This document shows, piece after piece, positions 38,801 through 51,686 of a stretch of 64,000 bases of DNA. The stretch's first letter is position 1, and each line of letters opens with the position of its first letter. Origin of the DNA: Phoronis australis (Eukaryota > Animalia > Phoronida); NCBI GenBank assembly GCA_002633005.1, contig NMRA01000169.1:48277-112276 (forward strand), in the 5' to 3' direction. A program made the position numbers and the translations under genes. The notes under the pieces are model-generated. The model saw only the letters and a list, made by a program, of their open reading frames with translations, had not been told where the DNA came from and searched no databases.

Positions 38801-41800
38801 CCATTCTCTTCACATACTGCAGAGTTTGCCCCACCGATCAGTTCGTATCCCTCATTACAGTTGTAGTAGGCTACGTCCCCTTTCTCCACGCCTCCATAGA
38901 GAGTCTTGCCGTTGACGGGATTGGCCGGCACAGCACACGTAGATACTGAAATTGTCACGAAAATGGTGTCACATTTGCTCGTCATGTTTCATGTTCAAAT
39001 TCAGAAATACCAGCAGTCAAGTCAGTCACAGGGGATAATCCAGGTAAGATTACTTGCAGAAAATAATCAGGAATGTAGATAGTCATTTCATTGTGCCAAG
39101 AAATATTCTTCAAGCCAGCAGTTCAAAAAAGTGTGAATCATTGAATCATAGAAGGTGTGCTTACATAATCACATTGCTACAGACCTGATCCCAGTTGTAT
39201 CTAAATGCTTGCGTCCTGTTCGATTCCTTCCGTACCACAGATCCTTTTGAACGTTAAAACGTTCTGCATACTGGGGAGAAGCCACAAATGCATGTCCAGT
39301 GCTTTCGAAGGAGAATGGATATACAGTATGTAAATATGGGTACTTCGTGACACTGATTTTGATATGATCTGCAAGCCAACATTTTGAAGTATTATGCTGA
39401 ATGAATGCTCACCCCGCCAGTTAAGATAAAAGCCTTTGCCTGTATTGGCTGAGTCGGTCTTCCATAACATATAGATGCTGTCACTGTCTAAAACGGCAGT
39501 TGGAGTGGACTTGCCCGACAGTCGTTCCAACAGTTTGCCAGAAGGGTGGGCCTACAAAGTTTAAATACGCCAGCGTAAAGGACGGGCTATTGCAAACAGC
39601 GCTAACTTATATGTGCTACTATACAGTAGTTTCAGTGTACACTCTCGATTGATGTCTGATTCGACCTCTTTGACAAGATTTCGAATCTTTTTATGGCACA
39701 AGTCATGCGCCTACCCGGGGGGATGGGCTCGGGGGGGCTTGGTGAAGTAGACAAAAAAGTACGCCTCAGAGAAACAAAAAGTCCTACAAAAGAGACAAAA
39801 GGCAGGAACTACCAAAATTCGGCGAACACATAATTCACAGCACTGGAGGTAGGCCTATCTCGTTTTTTAGTAAAGTGTTAAAAGGTTCACAGTCCAAAAA
39901 TTCGAGTGAGCGCATGCATATACTGCAGGTTTTTGGCACACCTGCAACATCGCGGTTATTCACCTAAATGTACAGTACGCAGTACAGTTTTAAACTGAGC
40001 TGGTTCATAAGCCGGTAAGAAAAAAATGTCGATGTTTTGATTGCATTTGACAGGGTTTAAATGATAACAGAACAGATGCAAAACACTGGCAGTGTGAACC
40101 TGGGGGCGAAAAACGATGACAGTAAGTACTAGGTTACATCTCGTGGAGAGGTCAGTGATATGACCACCCTCAGGGAAAGAATGTAGACAAATGCATCTTT
40201 TTCCCCCTGGTTTGCAGAGCGAGTTCCTGTCAGTGAGAAACCTTAATCACCGGATTTAAATAGCCATCGCATCTTCTATCAAAATAGGTAAATTAAATCT
40301 CGGAATCTCTGCGTACTGTCCTGCAAAGGGAAAAGTTAACCCTCTCCTACTCAGGATAGGGACAATTGCTAGGGGCTACACGTTTTGAATCGAAAGTAGG
40401 GATTGACCATGTCATCTGGTGTTAAATCACTTGAATGAGCAGCACATGTAACTCCGTCACTGCCGAAGAGCAGTTAGTGGCGACTTGTGATGGACCTTCA
40501 AAAAACCGTACTTTTGCTCATAGGAAACGTCAAAACCAAATGGGTTGTTAAGGGTTCATTTTAATACAACGTGCGGAAGCTATGGTCAATTGAACCATAG
40601 GACCTCAAGCATATGGGTCAGTTTGGAGTACCTGTGAGTCACATTAGACATTTTGTCTGTACTTTTTGATTTATTGGATGGGTGAATTTTAATGTACAGT
40701 GTGTGTAATTTCGTGTGCTGCCTCAGTACATGTCACAGTTATTACTGATTGCACTAAATGGCTGACTGCAGATTAAACAGATAAATATACATTGTTTTGT
40801 GTTATCTAAATGTACAAGGATTTCAGATGCAAGCACAACTAATCCTCATGCCAGTGAGATACACTGAAAGGTGTGTGTAAAACAACGTCGGAGTTATGCG
40901 TTGGCTTAAATGTCCAAATGGAATAGTTTTATCTATACATGGTCAAGAATCAGATTAATGTCTTGGACATAAGCCAGTACTCCCTCGTGTACTTACATAG
41001 ACTTCAAGGTTGTCGTACATGAACTCTGATTCGAAATAGTCGAAGTCCAGGATGAGTTTGTGCCCCTTTTTGCCAAGGATGGTCCAAGAGCATTTGGCGT
41101 TGTTGTGATAATTTCCAGGATATCCCGGGCTGGCGATAATTCCAACTGTTCCGACGTAGGTACGGTTCTTTGCGCATTCGACTGCAAGGATTACCAAAAA
41201 TGGCACATGCGTAAAGTGTCCTCAGTTACAATTAAGAGGCCCAGAAATCTAAATAAAGTGAACGAGACTGGTTGACCACTCTTTTTAAGAATTAGTACAG
41301 GTACTTGCACAGCCTTACCAGGGGACTCGTATAAACGAATAAAACAGACCAATTGTCTACCAGATGAATATAAGATATGAAACATGTTGTGCATTCGTTT
41401 GATTGGGAAAAGTGGGTAGCCTCTTCAAATTTGCATCTTTACAGAAGTTTGGTAATTTAAAAATTACTGGATGACAAAGTAATCATACTCGTCCACGTCA
41501 CCACCTCTACATATTTGCTATTTTGGGAGGCCTGTGTTTTCGTTGCAAAGCTAAGAACAGTTCAAGAGAACATCCTGCAAAAAAACTCAAAATAGGCCTA
41601 CAGAGAAAATAGCGTTCAGTGAAGGGGGCAATTAATGACAGTGATGGTCGGCTCATCACCTTCACACACTAGCTCCGATGTCCTGATATCCCAGCTGTTG
41701 TCTTTCTTGCAGTGGAAAGTGTTCGTCTGAGTTCCGTAACCTCGCAAAGTCAACCCAACCGGACACTCGTAGGTAACGTCACTTCCGCCGGCCTCGTAAA

Positions 41801-44800
41801 TCTTGCTGCCATACTTCACCGTGGGTGGTTCGGGACATATCTTAACTGAAAATCAATATCAATACAATAGGTTGTAGTAGAAATGATAACATTGTTCGTT
41901 GCAGTAATAGACCTGCTACTCATGGTACTGACGAATGGTTTAGTAGAAATGATGGTGGTGGCAGTGGGAGTGGCTGATAGTAGATACATGTATAGACATA
42001 GTACGGCGGCAGTGCTGGTGGTTGTGGTATGGGTAGTTGAAGTAGTGGTATTAGACATGGCAGTCATTAAGGTTGTGATTGAAGTGCCCTGGAAAGTGAT
42101 GGTTGTAGTAGGTCTAATATTGGAGGCGTTGCTGTTGTTAATGGTGAAGGGCAATTCCAGAATTGTTCATCGAATAGAGTATTTATTTCACCTTTGGTGT
42201 TTGCAAAATCCATACAACACAAGTTGTACTCACAAAGAATGGTTTTTGAAAATCCCGATTCCATCCACTCATTAACGATGTTGACTAGTCACGACTCGCC
42301 CTTCGAGCTACTATGAGGATGAAATCCTCTTTGACACAGTTCCCATGAAGGGTAATTGCAAACGGCCTTCAAAACGGGGTGATTCTGAGTATTTGTATTT
42401 GTTTGACGTGTGGTGTAATTCTACTCGTTCTCGATACGTTTAAGCATAGTGTGCTGTCCTTACTAGATACACATACGTGTAAGGAAACGCTTGCTATACT
42501 TACGCGTGGTTCCACCACATCCAGGCTGCTGGAATACGACTTTATCTATAGCAATGTCTCCTTTGTAGCTATTTCCTCTGATACCTTCGAACACCAACTG
42601 CAAGGATGACGGAATAAGAGAGGCGCTCATATCTCCTTATATATTTCTTCTTTTATTTCAATTAATTGGCGATTAATTTGGAACACAGAAAATCTCGTTG
42701 ATCTACTGAAGAACAAACAACCCAGATGGAGGGCTGCACACCCTTGCACGTTAAGCGTCTAACAACGTTAACCCAAGTCTGTTCTGGTCCTCTTAAATTA
42801 CGCACGTTTTGCAATACCCTATTCCAATTCTACTGATGTGACTCAGTTCATTGAATATCAGTTTAGCCTTACATTAAATTTTCCCCAACTTTTTGGTACA
42901 ACAACTGTAGCGTTCTTCCATTCGTTGCCTTGTCCACCTTTCTGGGTGAAGACAACTTTCTCCTTCAAACTGAATTCCACAGCCACAATTTTCACATTGA
43001 GTGTTTCAACGTCATCGCCATACATGTGGTAAAAGAAGCTGATCTGGAAATGTCAGAGGCGTCACAGTTTAGTTTCACATGAACAGCGATGACGGGTTTT
43101 CGGACAAAGACACAATGGGCATCTTGTGCTCTATAGACACTTGAAGGCAATGTATCAGATGTCCTGTCGAAAATTATTATACCGTGCTATACTTGTTATT
43201 AATGAACAACGCAGGCGATAAGTAACTACATGTACGTTAAAAACAATACTTTAACCACGCATACATGTACGTTGATAACTGTTTATTAACTGATTACTTC
43301 AGTGACGTTTAATGCTTGCCGAGCACCAGCATTGTGTCCGATTAGAATGAAAATACTTTGTACGCAGACGTTTGGAAGACGACGTCTTTGAAAACGGCAC
43401 ACAGTTACAAATGTGCCATGTGTATTGGTATTGCATGAAGAATGACTTGGATTGTGACAGTTACATGAAGCCGGTATTTGTGCAAATTTGTGTAAACTTG
43501 GATATTTTCTCGTCAAAAATAATCAAACTTAGATTTCAAATAATTTAGGTTCAGTTTCAAGGTTTGTTATCATTATAACTTCGAACTCGAACCCTAAACA
43601 TGTTTTATTCCACCCCTAGGTTTGAGCTAAAATTTCTAGGTTCTATTTCGAGTTCAGACTTCATTTTATAGAGCTTTTAGATTTGCCGGATTTTCAGGCG
43701 TGGACTGAACCAGATGCACCTCTTCTCAAACCACAGAAATCAGACACTATCTCATCATTTTACTTTAATAGAACGGAAGAGGTCAAACATGGTTCAGATA
43801 ATAGAACCTGTTCAAGGATATTTATACTTACTTCTGTGTCGCAGTTCTTATTGTCGTAAACGGGCGACGTGAGTCGGGCTACGTAACCGGGAAGACGGGG
43901 GCTTGAAGTTTCAATGTACACGTAGTGCGCTCCTGCATAGTATATGAAAACGGGATTAAAATTCGAGTGCACTAAAGTGAGTTGCAATAACTACACTCAC
44001 TTTCTATAATACATTGACAGGGCAGAAATTGTGTGTTAGTGTAAGCGTTTTTGACCAGCCAAGAAAGGTAAATATCTGAGGGCGGGGTGATTTGAAAATG
44101 TCAACTGTCGCAAAGTTTTTTGGTCAATGCCAAATGGGTTTCGCTTGAAATGCTGGATTTTATTATTGATTAGCTTCATTTTTGCCTTACTCTACTCGTC
44201 TTGGTTTCCATGCAAAATGATAACAGTGTAGTATGCCAGCACAAATTACAACCGTGAAGTCACGTTAAAGTATGCCACGTCACCAATAGCAATGTAGAAG
44301 TGCATGTCATGTATCACTTTTTGAAAGCAAACAGCAAATAATCAGTCATCATGTTGTGAGAATCACATATACTGCAAAGTCCTGTAGGTTACAACTTTCG
44401 TGATAAAAGGGTGGATAACCAAGCCACTGGTGCGCAAACGTAGTTGAGGCGCGGGAGAGTGTTGCACCAAGTGATTACATACCATCGGCAGCGTAGTCAG
44501 GTCCCGTACCAGAGCTAGATGTCATGCCGCTGTTCCGCTCCCAGGGGAAGTCAGTTCCTGTTGCATCTGTCGTGTAGCCGCAAAGATCGTATTCAAAGCT
44601 GCAGTCATCTTGAAATCACAAGAGCATGTATAAGTATATGAAGGTGAACAAAATCTTTCGCTCTCAGAAAACGACTGAGCAGATCAGGTTCATAAATCAC
44701 TGAGACATTCTTTCAATTGGTGATGCTGCCACATTCTTTTCCTATGATTTCAGGTTTTCATACAACGCAAATAACCCATTTGACCCTCTCATAACAAGGC

Positions 44801-47800
44801 GCGAAAAAATAGACTGTCAGATTTTTTTCGTGAACAAATAAATCCATTTGATTTGAGTCAGAGTGAAATCGTTCTCTACTCACCAAAAGTTTCTTGCGTA
44901 ATGACGGGTGTAGGTTTTGCTTCGCAGACAAACATATGGGGGTCTCCACAAGGCCTGTCGAACCACTTATTGGAGTTCACCTCAATCGCAGCACAGTTCT
45001 CTTCTACAAAGTGAAAAAATAGCTGTATGGTTTGAAAGAAGTCGTTTCATCACTGCCCATAGACAGCCACTTTGCAACCCCGACATTCTGTTATGGAATT
45101 CCCAGATAGGGCGTCACTTTCCAGTAAAGTGAACAGACGACTTGATTGGACGTACATGTAAAACCCTAAAACCATGCATCATACCAGTCCCGGTAATGAA
45201 TAGTAATCGCGCGGCCATTAGTGTTTGTAACGGCTTGCACACAAGATCACAGATTTTGTGAATTGATAATACAAGTAGTTGACGCTCCTTGTATTATAGT
45301 CAATAGTTTGGTCTTTCCCTTTATGTTTGACTCTACACGTCAGAGCACTTTCAAAGCAATCACCAGACGATACAACATGAAATTCTCTTGCGTTAGCAGG
45401 CGACCTCTAGTGGTCTTTAAAATGCCCAATCTAGAAATACGGTTATGTGATAATGTAGTAGTTCCTGCTGAAGGTGTTCACGGCGCACGAATTATAATAG
45501 TTTAACTGTGTTCATGAGTAATGATGATATGAGAAATAGATGGATACTTGTTAACTAATACGTATATGAATTGTTCGCGTACTTTGCTACATGTGTAGGA
45601 AAGAAACGAGCTGGAGTAGTGTTTTGTTCGCTTAATGCCACAGGCCCCATGATTTAATCTCAGAAGTCAAACCCAACTCTAAATTAGGTTTCACGTTTTT
45701 AGTTTAATGGTAGCATGTTTTTGTACGCGGTTGACTGCCTAATCCCAGTTCGCCTTCAGTGGTCCCTAGATTAAAGTTACAAACTTGGTACTGAAGCATA
45801 GGAACTGATTACTTTGAGAATGAGATGGAGACTCCCGCAATTAATAACAGATTATTGAAAATTCCAAAATAAAATTCTAAAAACGTTCTACTTGAGCGTA
45901 AACCATAATCCAGTGGAACACAATATGCATAATTCGGGAAAATACAGTTGCATGTTATGCAGGACCTTATCGAAATGTATGGGCATTAAGCCAAATATCT
46001 AGACAAACTAGATTTTAACGCAGTAGAAGTACATGTATGTATATTCTGAAAGTAGAACGTTTTTAGAAAACGGACAATCTCCACACAAATAAAAAATTCA
46101 TATTAACTCAACGTTTCGTCTATTTTTTATTTGTGCGGCGATAGTCCGTTTTCTAATCGTACTTTGGTCAAAACATGATGTTATTAGAATGTTTTTAGAA
46201 TTTGATTTTTGAATCTTCACCAATTAAATGAGTGACGGGACCATGTCTTTTTACTAACATTTAGCAAAAAAGAAAGGAACATGGAGAGTTTTACGATGTC
46301 GTGTAACCCAGACACTTCCGCTGTCATCAGGCAGCAGAAACATAGCAATATCATAACAGATGGGTGCAACAGTGTTTATAATGCCATCATCAAAACGTGC
46401 GAATAAACAAAGACGTTGTTGCTATCCAATAAATAATTATTACCTCGTTTCCCGTTAGGTTGTTGTTGGGCATCGTACCAGTTTGTGAAATTCACAGGGG
46501 AATTGTCAGACCACCTCCAGGTGCCTTCTGTGGCCTGGTCTGACAACCCAATCCAGACATACGTTTCGCTAAAAGAAAATGCGACACATATAGACACACT
46601 AGAATTGATGTTGCAGTACAATAGTAGCGTACAGAGGAACAGTGTAATTGCAGCGAAAGAAGTCTCGACAGCAGCAGCTGCAGCAGCAGCACCACCACCA
46701 CCATTACCATCATCACCACCACCACCACCACTATTACCGGTACCACCACCACTACCGTCACGTACCACCACCACCATCCCCTCCACCATCACCACCACCA
46801 CTCAACAATCACTTGACACAGTAGCAGCATTGCAGCAACAGCAGACGAAGCAGTTGCAGAAGACGCCCTTACATATTCGGTAATTTTCCACAGTAACGCA
46901 ACACACATCTAGGATCTAAACTACCAACTCAATCATTACTAATTGCTGCACTGTATAATGAGGAGCCTAATCTTACCTGTCGTCATATAAACGTGAATTC
47001 ACATAGTTTTCAATGAGAGCTTGTTCTGCAGCCGAGTTTGAGCTTGCCAGGTGGCCACCTTTGGTGTTACAGTTTGCTTCAGCGCCGATCCACGAGGACT
47101 GCAAACCAGTGGCAACTTGAGTTAAAATTTGTGACAAGTTCCTGTTGCTTAATTCCCTGTTTCAATCTTCATACGAGGACTTTGGCTTTTCAAGACCTCC
47201 GTGTGGATTGATACGGAGTCTAGTGTTCATTAAACATGCCAACGTTCGGTGTTTTTGTAAACTGAACGCATGAGCGGATCCAGGATTTTGAGTGGGGGGC
47301 AGGGCAGAGTGTAAGCCAGGATTTTGTCCGTCAGACGTTCGCAACCCCGACCTGACAAATGGAATCTGGGAGAATTTTAGGAAGATAAATGGGCCCCCTT
47401 GGCTCCCCTCTAAATCCGCCACTGGATCCACTTGGAAAGTATGTGGTGCGTCCAACGAAGCTAGCATCTTGCAAGTTTATACAGATACATGTAACGCAAG
47501 TGTGACGCAAGGGCTTGTTAGCACTTGGCGAGTAAACATGAAGCATGAAATTTCCAGAATCGCTTCCATTGTTAGTGATTTGTAATTGTGCTGAGAGATT
47601 ACATTATATTAGGGATTAAGGTATATAACCAAGTTATTTTCATCACTTAACGCGTACCTAAATACAACGAGCACTGACATCATTTTTCAGTGTAAACATA
47701 AAAACCGTCATGTAGTGTAATACGTTTGTTTTTAGTTACCCAAGGTATGACTTTGTGCTGCCGGTAACAAATATCTAACATTTCTCGTTCAGATTTCATG

Positions 47801-50800
47801 AGTCGTTAAGTTGCACTGACCTTGTTTTTCACCAGTCGGTAACATGATTCTCCCAGCTGTCTCCAACCATAAGCGCAGGTTCCTTAATTCAATGGAGACA
47901 CATCAGTAAGGCATGGTTAGTTACTACATGTATATATAGGTTAGGTAAAGAGTATGTCCAACCTTTTATAGCATCAGCCGCCTGACAGACTTGCTGTTGT
48001 AAGATTTGTGTCAAAATTTCTCTAACTTACTAAAAATCTAAATTTTTCAGTATAAAAGATCCCAAGCCAAAGTCGGTGTCCAACAGTCTCTGAGGCGATA
48101 GAGATGGTTGGGCCGAAACTCTGCGCAAAAGTGAACCATTGCTCGCATAGTGTTTGTGCGTAAACATTAATTCTGCCAACCCTGCTTCTTGGCAAAAATG
48201 TCACGCACCTGCTTACTACTCGAAACCTGGGGGACTGTGACTCAAAACTTAATTCAGAAATTTGGTCGTTCACAACTATTTCCGCAAGATGATTAAATCT
48301 CACTTGAGCAAAAGTGCATAATCTAATATTTTCTAGGAGTATATACTTAACTGCTACATGTAGGCACTGTGATCATTTCCAACAATTATATCTAGAACGG
48401 GATGCGCTCACTGTCACTTGGCTAAACCACTTTACAGAATTATGGAGAAGCAGGAGCATAAAGCCACGTTTCTGTATAAAATCTTAAGTCACTTTCACGA
48501 AATAGTAAGTCAACATTGTTCTCCCTTAAAATGACAAAGACAAGATTTTTTTCTTTGAGAACAGCGTTCCTAGCGCGGATCCGAACCTGGAAAATTTGTG
48601 GTTGTAGTCGAGCGATCTGCTGGCGGAGCTTAATCACACTGGATAAATGGCAGACAATTTGTTTTAAGCGTGTTTCACTCACTGCTAAATCCACTGACTT
48701 TGATTTCGGTGAATGCCTGACAGACAAGGACAAGAAATAGAGATTTTTATGATAACCATAAAGCATAACAGATTTTGTTGTTATAAATCTAACTTCAAGA
48801 AGTCTATCCCATCCAACAATAATCCTAAAACAGCTTTTTAGCCTGTGGCGGGGTTCAATTTTTTCGTGTATAGAACCAGATATCACCCTCCGGAACGGTC
48901 CTTTTTGTATTATATTAGATTACGAGTATAGACTGTCAAGCGCATTACGGCAACATTGGTGACTTAATTATTTTAGAAGTGACCCGAAGCAAGTTCCATG
49001 TAAGGGGCAAAAATCAGCACTTTCTAGAAAAAAATCAACTTTTGATTCAAATCAGTTATCACTCATTGTGAGTTATTTATATCGGTGTCATTATTGTAGG
49101 TTTAACCGAACATGGTCATTCATTAAGTTTCTTGCAGGGGCGGATCCAGAATTTTAAAATGGGAGGGGATCGGATCAAGAATTTTTTAAAAGCGGGGTCC
49201 TAGTCAACAATTTGAAAATTCTAGATTTGATATCACTGAACTTCGAGGGAAAAGGGGGTTCCTGGCCCCCTTGAACCGCTTATGTCTTGTCAAGTATGGT
49301 CAGTTTCAATCGCGTAGGGAGTAGGAAGTAGAGAAAGGAATTCTAGACACTGATTCATGTTGAATGAATTCCGTTGGTGCTATGAGTGGTTACTAAATCA
49401 AAGAGAAAATGCAGCTTTGAAGCCAGTTGTTGAGGCCAGAACATGGCTTATAACCAGTTCAGACAGCTAATGCAATTTACTCTAACTTTACAACGTTCTC
49501 ACCTGTGTTAAGAGCTTGTCGTTTGTGAATTGACTTGGCCTGGCAGATCTGGAATGAACATTTAGAACTGCGTTATCCATAAATGTCTTGGTTCATTCAG
49601 AGCCATTGTCAAAGGCAAGTCCAGCATTGGCTGTACGCTTACGTTTGATTGGTTAATTTTAGTTCTAGAAATAAACTTCAAATCTCATTCTTGTCTCTTT
49701 TGTCGATAAAATGGCATAAAATTACGCAAGATGTCGAACAAAGTGTTGATTTATGTATTTCTGAATCGAGCTATGATGGAAATGGGCAAAGGGAAGCGTG
49801 AAGACGTGCTTTCAAGATGGTCGCAAAGTGATGGACCGTGGTGTGCCAGGCATTCTTGACCTAATACCAATCTATGCACGCCTGCTGAAGTCTAATGGGA
49901 ACCTTTTGTGTATTGTGAGTCTGAGTCCACAATAAGAATAATCACTACTATTGATATCGTAATGATTACTGAATTTCCTCACATTAGTTTTATATTCGTC
50001 GCTGTAAATACAACGACAAAAAATCAATTTTTGAAAACTGAGAAGAACCAAAAGACACGTGAAATGTTGTAGACAAATGGATATGAATACCTCATGCAGT
50101 AATTTTATGTTGTCTTCGCCCACTGGTCAGCTCTTGTAGCAAAAATCAATAGGTCCATTACCACGTGAGTGAAAGTGTGTGTGATTCATCTTTTGAAAAA
50201 CTGCGAATAAATATTTACTGCCACATATCACATACATTTTGCCTGCAACTGATTCCCAAACATTGTCTTTAAATCGTTAATAGCATCAAAATCATTAGTA
50301 ATCGCGCAGTTTGTGTATAAATCCATTGCATTATCCATGCTGTTTTCGTTATCTAACTACATGAATGAATTGCTAACCTTCGGCGTCACAGGCTGCATTT
50401 AGTTCTGCGAATGGTGTGGTGAACGGGCCAGTTTAATTCAAGAAGACTGCAATTCAATCTCATTTTCTGTTACTCCTAAAAAACAACTATTTTGTAAATT
50501 CTAAGTTTTTGCGGATTTGAAATTATGACTGGCAAACTAAGCCGTTAGATAGGTCAGAAATACTGTAATATTTCCGTCTACGGCACTTATTTCCAATTGC
50601 GTGAAACCAATTATTGTACTATTACACGCCCAGGCCGTAATCTCGTGTTAAGCATTCCAGAAACTGTTTGCCGGTATCCAGCAGGTCGAAGCTGCTCCGA
50701 TGTCTCTAGACAGTGTGACTAGTCGAAGAACCTGTAACGTTTCTTTTAGGTACTGTAGGCAGGGTCCTGTTAGCTTGTGGAAATGTTTATATATGATCTA

Positions 50801-51654
50801 GTTTAATCTTTTTTAATACCACACCGTTACTTGGCCACCTCATGAATTCACATATCGTACTTATGCGACATAACAACTCCTCATTCGGTTATAATTGACG
50901 CCATGGGCTTTCGTATATAAGTGCACCTATGTACATGTACTGCCAAGCGTACCAGTTGATAATTATTTATCACTGAACTTTGAACAAATCTACCGAACCA
51001 CATGCGAAGTAATTTGCACACGTCTTAAAACGTCGATAAGTTAATCTGATGGTCAAATATTAATAACGCTCGTACCATGTCGTTATTTAAATTTTAAACG
51101 GATGCGTCATTAATTATAGCTTTAGTCTGACAAGAATTCTTTGAACTGTTTCGCAACCTTTGCTCTTTGTCATGTGGTTATCGAAACTACCACTGGGAAA
51201 CCTAATTCTAATCAATATTACAAATCTTGATGACATATTGATGAAGCGTGGTTTCGACCAACTTTGAAACTTTTTTACCAGTTTTTCCTTTCAACTTGTT
51301 GTACGTACATATGTTTTAGACGTCTTGTCCCAAAATATTTAAGCGCTAAGTTTACGATGACTGCTTTTCGCTATAACACTAGGGCCTCACTGTCATCCAA
51401 TTTCAATCTTCCGAAAATCAGAAGCGAAACTGGAAAAAATCATTTATTTACACCCGGCCCTATTCATGGAAGACCCTGTCTTCAGATGTCAAATCTGCAT
51501 CATCCTTGATAAGCTTTAAAATAATTTTCAGACATCAAGTTAATTAAATGTATTGTGTAGCAAACTTGCTTTCAATATCCTCAGACCAGACTATGTATTT
51601 TATTCACATACATGTGTCTGTGTGTGAATGTGCATGCGGGTGTATGTGTGTGTG

Positions 51655-51686
<32 letters not shown>

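Noticed and set aside
41816-42275. Thr-rich ORF resembling a second mucin exon
   Set aside because: Derives from low-complexity GTA/GTG intronic sequence, and exons 10 and 11 already join in frame without it.
46485-46883. Poly-Ala/Pro/Thr/Gln ORF
   Set aside because: Translation of an intronic trinucleotide microsatellite.
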